Assembly (NCBI GenBank): GCA_031835245.2 | Contig: JAVKOQ020000028.1 | Coordinates: 1-64,000, forward strand | Direction: 5' to 3' | DNA: 64,000 nucleotides | Origin: Balamuthia mandrillaris | Lineage: Eukaryota | Shown: one piece after another, positions 28,553 through 41,897 of the stretch | Position numbering within the stretch: the stretch's first letter is position 1 | How the letters are laid out: each line of letters opens with the position of its first letter | Notes under the pieces: generated by a model | Seen by the model: only the letters and a program-made list of their open reading frames with translations | What the model was told of the DNA's origin: nothing | Databases searched by the model: none | Position numbers and translations under genes: made by a program

Positions 28553-29277
28553 GGCCCCCCTTCCTCTCGCTTCTCTTTGCAACTATTTCTCAATCGGATG
28601 GTTTAGGGGAAGTGGGGCTTGGTCTTGGTGTATTTGCAGGCGATATGATTGGCATTGGAGTACGTCCTTTGATTGATCCCAAGCTTTCACGTCGGCGCTG
28701 AACTTACCTAACATGTTGGCTTCAGGATCAAGTGCGTCGGTTGTCAGTGAAAGCCCTTCGGCGGGTCCTCGAGAAAGAAGGCTCTTTCTTCAAGAACATC
28801 AAAGCTGTCATTTGCTGCATGCCTGTATTCAAACCGTTTGTGTTTTAATTTTCTTTTTGGCTCATTCTTTAGTTAACAGTTCTGATACATACAGGAGAGA
28901 TAACTATCACTACTTTGTGGAGGGCTTTAAAGGTTACAAAGGTGTGCTACCAGTCTGGATATTAGATCAAGACATGCACAGCGTTACGCGCACAGCCGCC
29001 AAGTTCTTCAAAACAAGCGAATTGAATCCCGCAGGTAAGTTCTCCTTCATCCACTTTTTATGCCCCTCTGACGGTCACTCAATTTAAACTTTCGCCTCGA
29101 GCAGACTCACACGGAGTATTTGGAGAATACTGGCAGAACAGAGGACCAGGGACGGAGGAAAAGCTGGCTTTAACAACCGCTGGCCTACTGGTGCAACATC
29201 ACGCAATTAACGGAAGGATGGTATTGAATCCTGAACGTTATCATTTTATCGACGTTGCTAAACCACTCAACGATTGA
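26954..29277 (+). CDS. Hypothetical N-myristoylated protein with putative permuted macrodomain (ADP-ribose hydrolase-like); frameshift in a KE repeat
   Basis: Starts MGNASS. Spliced C-terminal half contains RLQAQDRLGIQIAGEVGLGLGVFAG...FKNIKAVICC and DQDMH...LNPADSHGVFGEYWQNRGPGTEEKLA. Confidence 0.55.
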
Positions 29278-29508
29278 TTAGCCTCTGGGATAGAAGAGAT
29301 ATTTTCTTTGAATAGAAGAGTAGCTCCTTCGAGAGCGCATTACTTTCTTCTGATGGCAGAACGAGAGTCTTTGAGTATGCACTTTGGGATGCATTCAACA
29401 TCTTTCTCAGAACTTTGACTGAGCTCGTCATACAGCTACCTAAGTTCCGATGTATTCGTCGCACCTCCGCAGGAGTATGAATGATGTTTCTGCCACAACA
29501 AGCATCGA

Positions 29509-32500
29509 TCAAGCGGGGTGATGGTGACGTTGAGTCATAGCATCCAATAAGTATTTCCTCATCTGTTGCAGCTCTTCTCTCATCTCTTCTTGATCCCCTT
29601 TTCCTCCTACATCTACACGGTCCTCACCTACAAGCACTTTGAAAATGGCAATGGTGTCCTCCACCGCAGACAAAGCTTCCTGCATTTGCATTCCGTTGAA
29701 CAGGAGTTGACATAGCTTGAAGCACTCGCGTCCCATCTCAGCGCTAAATCTGCCGAACAACTGCCCAACGATGAGAGTGCCGCTGCGGCAGTGCATAGCT
29801 GCCTCCTTCCACCGTGCCAACCCACTGTATACCTCCGCCAGCTTATCATGCGTCTTGGCCACCTCCATCGATTGTTCGGAGGAAAGCCATTTAGTGCGAA
29901 GCTTCAAGCAGTGACAGAGGCACTTCACAGCTGCGTTCTGCTGTTTTTGTATTGCTGCTTGTTGATTATAGTTGTTGGTGGCTCCTTCTGCGAGAGCTAG
30001 TGCGTCGTTCCAATGGCGAACGCCTTGCTCGAAGAATGTAGAGGCCAACTCTAACTCCTGTTTAGCTTTGTCTATGCTAAAGATTGCGTTGCATTTGCTA
30101 CATCGTAGAACTTTCTGCGCGTCTAACTTCTGTTCTTCTTTCGTGTCCCTGTTGTTGTCTTTGTTTATCGCTTCTGGAGTGGCGACGACAAGTGGTATGC
30201 TTAGTTTGTTGCAACTTTCTGTTGGGCATATTAATTGCCTGTTGGAGAGCACTGTAGAAGACGGTAACAATGAAGGTGAACAAGCAGTACAATCACAGTC
30301 AAAAAAGTATTGCTCGCGAAGAAGCCGTTGCCGTTGTTTGTGGTCTGGCATGTGGATAGCATGAGGGCCATAACAATTTGAGATCTCTTCTCCCGCAGTT
30401 ATGGCTCGGCTTGCGCTGCAACATGTTCAACCATTAATGATTGAATGATGGAGAACCACAAAGAGAAACCAAAGACGCGTAAGGGAGGTCATACCGAATT
30501 ACGATAGTCCGGCCGTGATACCGCAGAAACGTATTGGGAACGCACGAGTGATTGAAAAGACTGGCCGTGGGGAAGAACGCCTCTGCCACTCGTACTTGGG
30601 TTGTTTTGATGTGAGGTATAATAATCCCTCTTTCTGCGCTGATTGGATTCGGCGGTTCGCGAAGAGCTGCTTCCTGTTGCTCTTCCACAACGTCAAAGAT
30701 AGCATACACGTTGGTCTGTGTTTGACAGAGGTGATGAAGCACAAGGCCCGAAATATGTTGCACCGTTGATAGAGTTAAAAAGGGAGGAAGATGAAGAAAA
30801 GGAAGAAGGCGATACAGAAGCAGGTCAAAGAGGGCTGTATCCAATACATGCTGAGCAAGAGTCTCTGCCGGAAGACAATTGCTATGAGTAAGCAAGGAAT
30901 ACAGCGAAAGATATCCGCCTTGCCACACGCTTTCTTCTGTTGGCTCATCTTTTCCAAACAGCAGCTGGCTTTCGGTTTTACTGCGCACTTGGGACAGATA
31001 TTGATGGTGATTGTCCGCTTCATCTCCTTGTTGAGAGAGAAATTCACAAAGACCCCGTAATACAGTTCGCACCGACAACAAAAGCAGAGTTGGCATCGCT
31101 GTAAACATTAGATATCCACTGGTTGAGAAACAGAGAGAGAACAATTCAGAACGATGGAAGGAAACAAACTTTAGAGAATGTGTTAACTGTACCATTCCAC
31201 ATCATGATAGATTCTAGATTCTTGTTTGCATTGCAGCGAACAGAACAACACTTGTGCGCATTCGTCACAGCTTTAGCTACCAGAATGAGAACGAGAGAAA
31301 GGAGAGAAGAGAAAATGAGAGCAACGTACGGTGTGGAAGCTAACGGTAGTGGGCGTAAGCAGTGATGGCAGCGATGCAGTTCATAATGGCGCAGAAGGAC
31401 AGCAGCATATGCCTCCTCTCGGACTATGTCTTCACCAACATCAATGCCCCTTCCTGACCGTACGAATCTGCCTTTGTGCTCCTCATAAGACACTTGCACA
31501 GCGTCTGATATGTTCCCTGCCATTGCTCGCACGAACTTGTTGCGCTTATCCTCTTTCTTGTGCTGCTCCTTTGTTTGTTTGCTCTTGTTCTCGCCAAGGG
31601 GAACACCTTTGCGTTTAAGCATAGATTCTGCTTGTTGCAGGCTTCTCCGAATCTGCTTCATTGCTGCCTCCTCTGAAGCAGGAGAAGGTTGGAGAAGTGA
31701 AGCTTCAGCAGCTTTGAAGTCGACCAACGCCTCCTCCACCTTCTTCTGTTGGTACCAGCAACATCCTCTCTTGTGGAGCAGCTTCCAACGTCGCTGTTGC
31801 GGATAGCCATGCCTCTCATCTAGCGCCGCGGTAAGGTCGAGCACAGCCGATTCATACTCTTTCAACTGATAGAGGGCCATCCCTCTGTTAGCGCAGGCAT
31901 AGGCCTTGATAGGTTCTGTTGACGCTGCTGTTGAGTCTGTTGAAGACGAAGCAGAGGAGGAGGAAGAAGAAGGTTGAAGTGGCGGAGCATAACGTACAGC
32001 CTGAACCAAACAAAAGGAAGAAAGAAAGCAAACAAAGTGAGAAGCAAGAAGGAGAAGGAGGAAGAGGAGAGGAGAAAGGGGAAGAAAGCAAACAAAGTGA
32101 GAAGGAAGAAGTAGGAAGAGGAGAAGAAGGAGAAGAACAAGAACAACAAGAAGCTGGAGTACCTCGGTGTAGCAACGAATAGCTTCCCGCCACTGTTTAC
32201 TGGCGAACAAGCGGTTGCCTTGCTCTTTCCACGACTCGGCCGCATGAGCGTCTTTCTGCCCCACTTTTTTGGGTTGGAGCAGTGCTTGACCGAGTGGTAC
32301 CTGAGTGGTATCGCTGCGAAGCTGCCCCCTGGCGTGGCTCAGCAGGTCTTCCAAGAGCCTGTCACTCCATCGGCCATCATCGTCACGAGCATGCTGGCGC
32401 CGTGCCTCCTTCACAGTTTCCACTAAAGAGTGGAACAACGGAGTACTCGCACTGACGTTGGGCCAAGCGGCGAGCACAGCGCCGCCAGTCTCATCCACTG

Positions 32501-32516
32501 TCGCTTTTCTCTCCAT
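29509..32516 (-). CDS. SET and MYND domain lysine methyltransferase with TPRs (SMYD4-like)
   Basis: TPR segment AESWKEQGNRLF...YACANRGMALY, KGRFV...GEDIVREEAYA, the MYND start RCHHCL, SET motif SLFNHSCVPN and post-SET QYFFDCDCTAC. Confidence 0.88.
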
Positions 32517-33000
32517 CGTTTCTCCTCTCTCCTCTCTGCACTCTCCTCCTCTCTCCTATCTCCTCTCCTAGCTCTTATCCTCTCTCCTCTCCTAGCTTTT
32601 ATCCTCTCTCCTCTCTGCTCTCTGTCCTTCTATCTTCTCCTCTGCCCTCTGCCCTCTCCCCTCTCCTGTGGCAAGACCTTGGTGACAACGAAAAGCAACC
32701 CTCTTCTGTTTGGAAAGTAATTGAACCCCTGAGGACCATCCCACCGGTTGCAAAGGGCACTAAGCACTGCTGCCGCTTTGAAGAAAAGATCTCAGTGCGC
32801 ACCTAATGCCACCCGTGGCATTGAGGCAACTTCCACATCACCATTCTATCATCTTTCTTGCGACCCCTTAGGTGATAGCAAAGTGAGTTCCTTGGTATTA
32901 GTTTTACCATTTTTGTTGTGGACGACGAGAGAGGAACCAGAGAGAGAAGCAGAGAAGCAGAAAGAATATTAGTACATAACAAGGGTACAACGGCTGTTCA

Positions 33001-36000
33001 CTATGTATCAGAGGGACCTCCTGTTGCTGCTGCTCCTTTCTCAGCTCCTAGGTTGGAGAGCTGCTGCTTGGACAAGAACTCAAATTCTTGGAACATGCTT
33101 TGCACCTGATGCACGGACTGTAGGTTGTAGGCCCTTGTTTGGAAGGCTTGCACCTGCGCTATGACATCATAGAGCCGCTCATACTTTTGGAAGTTGATCA
33201 GGTTGTTGGCGGTGTGATCCTTGTAATCCCTCTCTATCTTCAATATGCTCTTCAAAGTCGCGTCTGTTGCATGATGCATTCCGAGTCAGAATAGTTGGAA
33301 AAACAAGAAGGAAAGAAACGGAAAGAACGAACCAAGGCATGGTATCAACGGGGTTTCAGAGGGGAGCGCGTTTGCAATGGTTTGGTCATATTGGGCAAGG
33401 TCCTTTGCGAACATTTTCATCTCAGCAAGTGCCTGAAACATTCAAAAAAAAAAAAGAAGTAAAGAAAAGAAAAGAAAAGAATGTCAGTATATGAAAAGGG
33501 AAAGGGAACAAAGAGAGAAGATAGAGAGAATCGTACACTCTTTGCTTGTACATTGGAGGGATCTACTTGTACGTTAGAAGGGCTCAATGAAGGGCTTGTA
33601 ACCCCTTTCAGTATGGCAAAGAAGGAATGATAGTTATGCAAAGCTTGCAAATGCTGCAAGAAGAAACAAAATAAAATAAGGGTAAGCAAAAGGTCCATTT
33701 CTTCTCCAAAGAGAGTTGATAAAGGAGAAGCAGAAGACGTGCCTTGGCAATCTTGATAAACCGGTCCATTGCCTTTCGAGGTTTGGCGGCAGTATGAATC
33801 TCGGTGGCTACCCATAGCTGCATATCTTTATAGCGTTGCATCATGACCCTGAGGTTTGGGGCTTTGTGGTGATACTTTTCATAGAGCCATGCCTTATGCA
33901 GGAACTCATGTGCAGCTATCCTTTTGAACAGCTCCATGTCCACTAATGTCATCTGTCGTGCCACTAAAGAGAGAAAAAACTATTGTTATGATTGAAAGAG
34001 AGAGAGAGAGAGAGAAGAAAGGAACCTTCTTCTTCGTCAATGTCCTGAAGCTTTACCTCCATAGAAAAGATCTTCATCGGTACTTTTGGTTCTGGTGGTT
34101 CTTCTGCAAAGCTAGTTACTTCCGTTTGTGCTTCCTGAAGGTTTTTCTGCAATCAGTAACACAGTTTGTTTACATCATCAAAAAGGAGAGACCTTTTTCA
34201 GGACATGGGTTGCGATTGTGTTCTGTAGGACTTTGGCCAAGTCTATGAAACCGTCTTGAGTTAACGGTCCGTGAATAAAACTGTTCAAACGGGAAAGAAG
34301 CTTGTCGTCCCGCCGAAAGTCATTGCTGCATGCCTCAAGCCAAAACTTGAAGACATTGCAAACGCGTTTGGCGATGGGAGAATGCAGGTTTCCTTTGTAT
34401 TCTCTGTAGTTCATTCCCTTTGGGATTGGTACGTTGTATCGTTGCACCAATTTCTGCATTGCACACGATGCTTAGCGTATGAAGAGACAAGAACAAAGAG
34501 GAAAACCAACAACGAAGAAAGAGAGAAGGAGAGAATGCAAGTACCTTAACAACGATTTCTGGTGTAGTAAAGCCATGCAATGTGTTGATGAAGCATTGCA
34601 TAAACTTAAAGTCTAGAAGAAAGTCACATGGTCAGAAACACTCAGACAAAATACTAGAAAAATTATTATACCTGTTGGCTTCTCAGGTTCAGGCACGAGA
34701 TGAGCAATGAGCTTGTTGAGGGTGCCAGCACATAGGGTGATGCCATCATCACTCTTCACTTTGACAATGTTATCCTCACAGTCAGGTCTTTCTTCCCATA
34801 CCGGAACATCGGTTCCCTCCTCGTTCTTCTCCCGTCCAGGCAGATGCTCTATCTGCTCCACTTCGTAGTCAAACTCTGGATCGAAGGAGCGAAGCGAGAA
34901 AAATGGATCCCACAGGTCTATTCCTTGTAGCCTCAATCTCGTGTGAGCCAGTTGCAATAAACTCATGAGGCGACTGTCTTTGCTTCCTCTAGCATCTATT
35001 TCTTCTGTATCTGTTAAATTCGACGGAAGCAAAATGAAGTTTTAGTCAGAGAAAAAGAACAAGAAGAACAAGATGAGGAAGGACATACATGTGTAACCAC
35101 TGCTCTCTTCAATGGCACGCAATGTTCGGAGGCAACCTTCTTTTTGAAGGTGCTCCATTATCATGAGAAGTATGATACGTTGAGAAAGGGCTGTGCGGGC
35201 TTCCGTTTTTCCAACTTTTCTCATGAGCGAGAAAGATTGAGCACCACTCAACGGCCGAAGTCGTTCTCGCAGCTCCAGTATTTCAGGATGGCGTCTCATT
35301 GCCACACTCTCCCATTCCTCTTGTGGAATACTTCCAAGTTCTGAGATTTGTTAAGATAGAATGAGGGATGACAGCAATAATAGAAAAAATAAAGCAAAAC
35401 AGAACCTACCGTCTTCTAGCATGGCATCTTCTTCAAACTCATCTTCACAGGAAGACAAAATATAAGCACTAGATAGAGAGAGAAGAGAGAAGAGAGAAGA
35501 GAGAAGAGAGAAGAGAAGAGAGAGAAGAGAGAAGAGAGAAAGAGAGAAGAGAGAAGAGAGAAGAGAGGACAAACCTTTGCCCATACTGAGGTAATCAATG
35601 GAGTTTGAGAGTTTACAGGAAGTAGAACCTGGAGACAACGTGCGACAGGTGCAACCTCCAAAGATGAAAAAGGTTTCCTTCCGTAATGTCATCGTATGGA
35701 ACAATCGAGCTGGCAGTGTATCTCCTCCTACTCTCACTATCGACCATTTCTTATAATCTACGAGAGAGAGACATGTTTGTTATTTCTGGGTATTCTTCAA
35801 CTACGACAAAAAAGACTTACCAAAGTTATACTCGTAAATCTCTGAGCCAGTGTTATTGCTAGCACCGCCTATGACGTAGAGACAATCATGAAAGAGAGCG
35901 GCTGTGTGGCCTCTTTTGGATGGAAGAGCTGGGGTGAAAGAGTCTGAAGCCACTTTCTGCCATGATCCTTCACTCCCGTCTACGCCTTTATGTTTGTTGA

Positions 36001-38032
36001 TGATAAGAAGAACAAGAGGACAGACAGATCAGAGAGAGAAAGGAGAAGAAACACAGCCGAAAAAGGAGAAGGAGAAGGAGAAGAGGACGAAGAAGTAGAA
36101 GCAGACGTACTGAATGCGAACTGCCAAAAGTCGCTCAACTCGTACTTGCCGCTGAAACCACCAAAAACAAAGATAGAGTTCTTGTAGACAGTCATGGTGT
36201 GGCTGCAGCGGCCGATCGGTACTATCAAGCCCTGCACCACTGCCTTTTCCCATCGTTGGGTCACTGAAGAAGAAGATGATAAATGAGAATCATCAGTAAA
36301 ATGTGGCTAACAACAATGTCGCAGTTTAAGTGAAGATAGAGAAAGAGCACCAAAAGAGAATCTGTACAAGTCGTTCATGTAAGTGGGAGCATTGCCTTTG
36401 GCGAGGTTCACTCCTCCAAACACAAACATGCAGTCGCCCTTGGTCACCGCGGAGTGGTATCGCCGCCCGCTCGGCCCTCCCTCGGCTTTTATCTCTTCCC
36501 ATCGCTCCGACTCTGCTCATGTGTTTATTCCGTATTAGAAGAAAGAAGAAAGGAGGAAGAAGGAAGAAAGAAGAAGGAAGAAAGAAGAAAGAAGAAAGAA
36601 GAAAGAAGAAAGAAGAAACGAGAGGGGTTTGACAAACCAAAAGAAAACTTCCAGAGATCGGAGAGGAAGATGGGAGAAGTGCTGTCGGTGGTTTGCCAAG
36701 GTACCCCGTAGCCTCCAAACAAATAAGCTGCGTCCTCGAAAACGACCAACGTGTGGCCCAGCCGTGGGCATGGCCCTGGATCCTCTTTGCCTTGTGCCTG
36801 AAGTTTGCGCCATGTTCGCTCCCCTTTTTGATGATTCTGTATTCAGTATTTGGCTCGAAGGAGAGAAGAGAGAGAAGGAGAGGAAGAGAGAAGAGAAGAG
36901 AAGCAGAGAAGAGAACAAGAGAAACAGATAAAGAGAAGCTACCAAAGTGAAACAAATGGGTATCGCCGAGAAAGTTGGGCTCTTCGGCACTGTCCGAGTT
37001 TAAGTTTGTTGGAGAGGCAGCACGCGCCGAGTCACCACCAAACACCAAGAGGGTGTCCTCATGCAGCACCGCTGCGTGAGAGTGCCTCGCGGAAGGTGGC
37101 TTGCCGTTGCTCCCTATGCTGTCTTCCCGGTACGTCGCTGTTGCACCAACAAAAAGATGGTTGCGTTAGAAGAAGAGCAGCAGCAGCAGCAGCAGAGAGA
37201 GTGAGAGAGTGAGAACAAAAGAGTGAGTGAAGACTAACAATTGGTGGCGTATCGAACAGGAAGCTGAAGTCCGGCGTTATGAAGGGAGGTTCTTCTGGTC
37301 TGGGTGCGCAAATACTTGAACTCGCCGCTGCTAACCGCAGCAGAGGCCCCCTCCCCGTCGCTACCCTTTCTGGTGGCTCTCCTTCTGCTGCCCTGTGCAG
37401 CGCCGTCGCTCTGACTGCCGTCCTGCCGTAACGTCGAGGCAGAAGCAGGGGAGGGTGCAGCCTGTAGCTTCAACGAGCTTGCTTTCGGGTGCGGCAACGG
37501 AGGAGTACTTGCCGGCGATGAGGAGGAGGTCTCGTGCTCGGTCTTCATGTTTTTTACCGGCTTGGTGGTGGCTCTTTTGCTTGCTCCTCCTCCTTCTTTC
37601 TTTGGGTCCGAACCTGATTTAAGGATGGAGGACCAGGGGGTTACGTCCACGGAAGCTCTTCTTGTGTGGCTACCGCCCTTAGCGTTGTCCAGCGACAACC
37701 TTCTCCCTTTCTTCTTCTTGCCCTTCTTATTTGTGTGGGCGGTGCTTTCTGCTGCCTCTTCTTTTGTTGCTGCTGCTTTGGCGCCCTCCTCCGTTTCCTC
37801 TTCCGTGGAAGCTCCTCCTTTCTCTCTGCCTTTTCTCCCTTTCTTTTTCGAGATAACGCGCGTTTGCACCAGCCCTGAGCTGGTAACGCTGCTATTGTTG
37901 GGGTTGTTGTTGTTGCTGTTGCTGCCATTAGTTCCAACCCTGGCCCGTCTGTGGTTGCTGTTCTTCCGTCGCTATATTAGTGTGGGTAATGCTCTCTTGG
38001 GCCACGGTGGCCGCTGTTGCTCCTGCCGACAT
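33001..38032 (-). CDS. Kelch-repeat + LisH + RasGEF-N + RasGEF (CDC25) protein, GefF-like (5' end uncertain)
   Basis: Kelch repeats (LLVFGG, AYLFGGY, GRCSHTM..IFVFGGFSG, ARLFHTM), LisH-like IMEHLQKEG, AGTLNKLI, RVCNVFKFW, ARQMTLVD and LINFQK. Confidence 0.88.
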
Positions 38033-38248
38033 GGCCGTTTCGGTTTTTTTATTTTCTTGTAGTCCGTCCCTTCTGGCTCTCCCTTCCAAGGACGAGAGGT
38101 GACACACAGAGACGACCACCGTTTACTCTTCTCTCTCTCTCGTTTACTCTTCTTTGTTATAATTCGTTTTATTTATATTCAATTAATTAAACACTTCTCA
38201 TTTTTTAAAAACTAACACAAGAGGTACAAGCTGAATGCGTCTCTTCGG

Positions 38249-41200
38249 TTAGGAGGGTGAGGAGGCGGCTGCCGGCGCTTTGCTCTCTTCCCGCAGGCAG
38301 TCGCAACAGAGAGGGCCGTTTTCCTTCTCCACAAATCCGCCCTCGATCACGTGGCTGCATTTGGAACACCGGAAGTGGTCCTCATGCCAATACCTACACA
38401 ATATAAAACGCGCAAGGTTAAGCGTTGGGTTATAACCCCCCCGTCTCCAACAGCGCAACTACCGTTGGTTGCCCTTACGTACTTGTTCATTGCTTGGATA
38501 AAGTCGCCTTGAATGACTTTGCCGCATCCGCCACATTTATGGCCGAACAGAGCCTCGAAATGAGGAACGCAATAGGGCTTGCCGTTCTTTTCCAGAAACT
38601 CCTCCAACACTTTGTCACAGTAGCTGCAACAGAAACAGTTCACGTGCCATGCCATTCCCATTGCACTTCTCCCTCCGGCGTGACTAAGCACCGCTTTTTT
38701 ACAGCGAGCGCAGTGCTTTGCCTTCCCTTCGTTACAACCCTGACTGGGAGAGGCGGCAGAGGTGGAAGCATACGAGGAAGCAGACGCACGATTAGAAGTG
38801 GATGAATCGGTAGAAGAAAGACTCTCGTTGGCAATGCTTCTTCCACGGTTGTTTTTCTCTTGTGTGGTTCGTTCTTTTTCTCGCTCGCTTCTGGTTTTAG
38901 ATGCAGAGGACTCGCTGTTGGCATCCTCTCTTAAGTTCGATGAGGAGCGCTTCCTCTGCTCCGCCGCATTTACATTGCCACTGTTGCTGCCATTACCGTT
39001 AGCTGGTTCAGATGCTCGTTGCTCGCCATTGTTGCTTGATTCGACCATGCCATAGAGACCGAAGTACTTAGAGCCGTAAGGCATGTTGTACACCTTTTCC
39101 ACCTGCACCAGCTCTTCGTAGGTGCCCTTCCTTTCGAACTTGCCGATATTCTTCTCGTAGTTGTGACCTCCTCCCAACACCACCATCTCGTTGTTCCATT
39201 TCTCCTTCAAATCACCGCTAGAATCATCACCGCTGCTATTGGCCGCTACTGTCGGAAGAGACTCAGAGCTCTTCCTCTGGTTCGACTTTTCGTCGTTTTT
39301 GCTGGAACTTCTTTTCCTCGTCTTTTTCGGCTTGGCCAGCAATTCTACATCCTCCTTGTCTTTCTCGTTACTTCTTTGATGGATGTCGTCGCAGCTCCTA
39401 CTGGTGGGATCATCCTTCATTCCACCCCAACTCTTTCGCACGTTGTCTGCCACCACCAGACCATTTTGCTCTGAGTTGCGTCTTCCGCTTTCCCAACTTC
39501 TTCTCACTTCTTTCTCAGTTCTAGGCGAGAGCTTGGGCAATCCATCTTTCAAACGTCTGTTCTTTTCTTCTCCTCCGTTTGCCGGGGATGAAGCTACTTT
39601 GGAGGGAGCCCTTCTGCCATTCACTTTCTTGCGAGGAACCGGAGATACAGCCAACGATGGAGTAGAAGATGATGTAGAAGAAGCAACAGGTACTTCCCGT
39701 TTTTCGACGTCTCTAGGACTTGCAACTGGAGAACAAGAGGGCGAATGATTTCCGGTTTGCATCTTCTTCAGTTTGAGCTTGAAAAACTTGCGCTCTATCT
39801 CCCATTCCTTTTCTTTGTTGTCCTGATCGTCCTGCATTTTCTTTATCTGCTTCTCTAACTTTTGTGCCCTTTCCTTCCATCGTTGCAACTCCAATGCCAA
39901 ACGATGATTCTCCTGCTTGCTCTCTCGTAGGCTTTCCTGCATATCAGTCAGAGATCGGCGTTGTCGGTTGATGAAGGTCTCCGTGGTTGACGTTGGGTCC
40001 CACGCAATGTCCATCACCGTTGGTTTCTTCAGTTCTCCAGAGTTATATCTACATATAGTCGAACTGGCCTCCTTCAACGGTGGTGTTTTTACTGTTGATC
40101 CCTTTTTGGTAGCGCGTTGGTTGACAAAAGAATGTAACATTTGTTTTGGGCGGAGTATCAAACATACCGGAAAGACAGACGAAGTAATCCATTTGTGCTT
40201 CAGAAGTTCTCTAGGTCCTGGCCGTTTTTTTACATCACGAATGAAACATTCCAACAGAAAGTCGCGAAGGTTCTGAAAAAGAATGAGTGGATGTCAAAAA
40301 TAAGAAGGACAATACACTTACGTCGGAGAGCTCGTCAGGAAGGGGAGGATGCGGATGGTCCACCATCTTAAAGAGTGCAGCAAAGCTCCCGCTGTCCCAG
40401 TACGGTGGCTTCCCTGTCAGCAATTCCAGTACAGTACATCCCAAGCTCCTTCAAAAGCACAGAAAGGAGTAATGATATCAATGGTATCATTAATGACGTA
40501 TACAGAAAGAGAATTACAGAGGCATGAAACAAAAGTACGTACCAAATGTCGGAGCACTTGCCACCACCTTGCATCTCTATGATCTCAGGTGCCACTTGAA
40601 GATTGTAACGGTGAGTTGTTGATAAGGCGAACGAAAAACGGTGATGAGGAACAAGAACAAGCACGTACTCCAGAAAGGCGTCCCCACCACGGTGAACTGG
40701 GTGTCCAACGCGGCATACTTGCAACTTCCAAAGTCTGCCAACTTGACCGTTCCCTCTTTTGTAAGCAACAGATTGCATCCTTTTATATCCCTACCATTGT
40801 ACGTCAGTTATAGCATCCTCACACAACAAGAAAGCAAGTGTTATACGTACCTATGAACAACGTTCATGTCATGGAGGTAGGCCAGGCCCTGCAGTACTTG
40901 GGCCACGTATAAAACCAAAAGACTTTCAGGAAAGACGCCATACTTTTTCATGGTGCTGTTGAGGGAGCCGCTCTCCACGTACTCCATCACGAAAAATAGA
41001 AAGTCACCTATTTCGTGGTATTCTATGAACTTGGTGACATGAGGGTGGTCCAGTTTCTGAAGCAACTCGAGCTCTTGCTGCACAAGGACAAGAAGGGTTA
41101 GTGGCAAAAACAAAACGAAGAGGATGTCGTATTGTTTCATAATTTTACACAGGTACACACCATGATGCCGGGAAGCTGTTTTGGGGTGAGCATGTCCTTG

Positions 41201-41449
41201 TTAATTTGTTTGACGGCCACGACCTCTCCTGTTCGAAAGTTGAGCCCTTTGTAAACTCTTCCGAACGCTCCTCTTCCAATACAATCTCCCAATTGCTAGG
41301 AAAGAAAGTGATAGCAAACTTAAAGTAAGAAACAACAAAACTAAAGCAAACGCAAACAAAGGGAAGCACAAACGCACAATGTCACCGACTCTTTGGGGTG
41401 CATCCCAGGCCGTCACTGAACCTCGATTATTCTTGTCTTTCTCATCCAT
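38249..41449 (-). CDS. STE-group Cdc7/Cdc15/SepA-like kinase with coiled coil and two C-terminal LIM domains
   Basis: [44 protein letters not shown] and [18 protein letters not shown] patterns [21 protein letters not shown] and [20 protein letters not shown]. Confidence 0.9.
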
Positions 41450-41897
41450 TTTATGCGAGTGCCGTTCCTCCCACGTTAGTGCGCACTCTGCTCAAACGAC
41501 GCGATCGGTGGTTTTCCGTTGTGGTTGTCTTTGGACAGCGGAGAACCTATTTCAAGTATCAAATAGCGAGCTGACGTCAACCGACTTGAGCGAACGTTCC
41601 CCGTTTTTCATTACGTCACCCCTGGTATCCGTTCTTTGGTGCGGCCGGATCTCGCCATCGCCTTGAGCATTTGCGCCGCCTTGCCAGGATACCGCCTGAC
41701 GTCACCCCAGCGCTTTCTCGAAATTCGGAAGAAAAGGTTGAGCGAACCTGCGGAAGACTGGCAGAAACTGAAAAAAACGGCGTGCGGTCAGTAATGCCCC
41801 TCCACCATTATTTAAATAAGAACTCCCACTCTCTCTCCGAGTCTCTTCAACCGTCCATTGCCTTTCGTTTCATTTTGTTTTTTTTAAAAAATAGACC

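Noticed and set aside
32020..32105. ~21-bp direct repeat at 60-bp spacing
   Set aside because: Local duplication within a low-complexity SMYD intron, with no sign of function.
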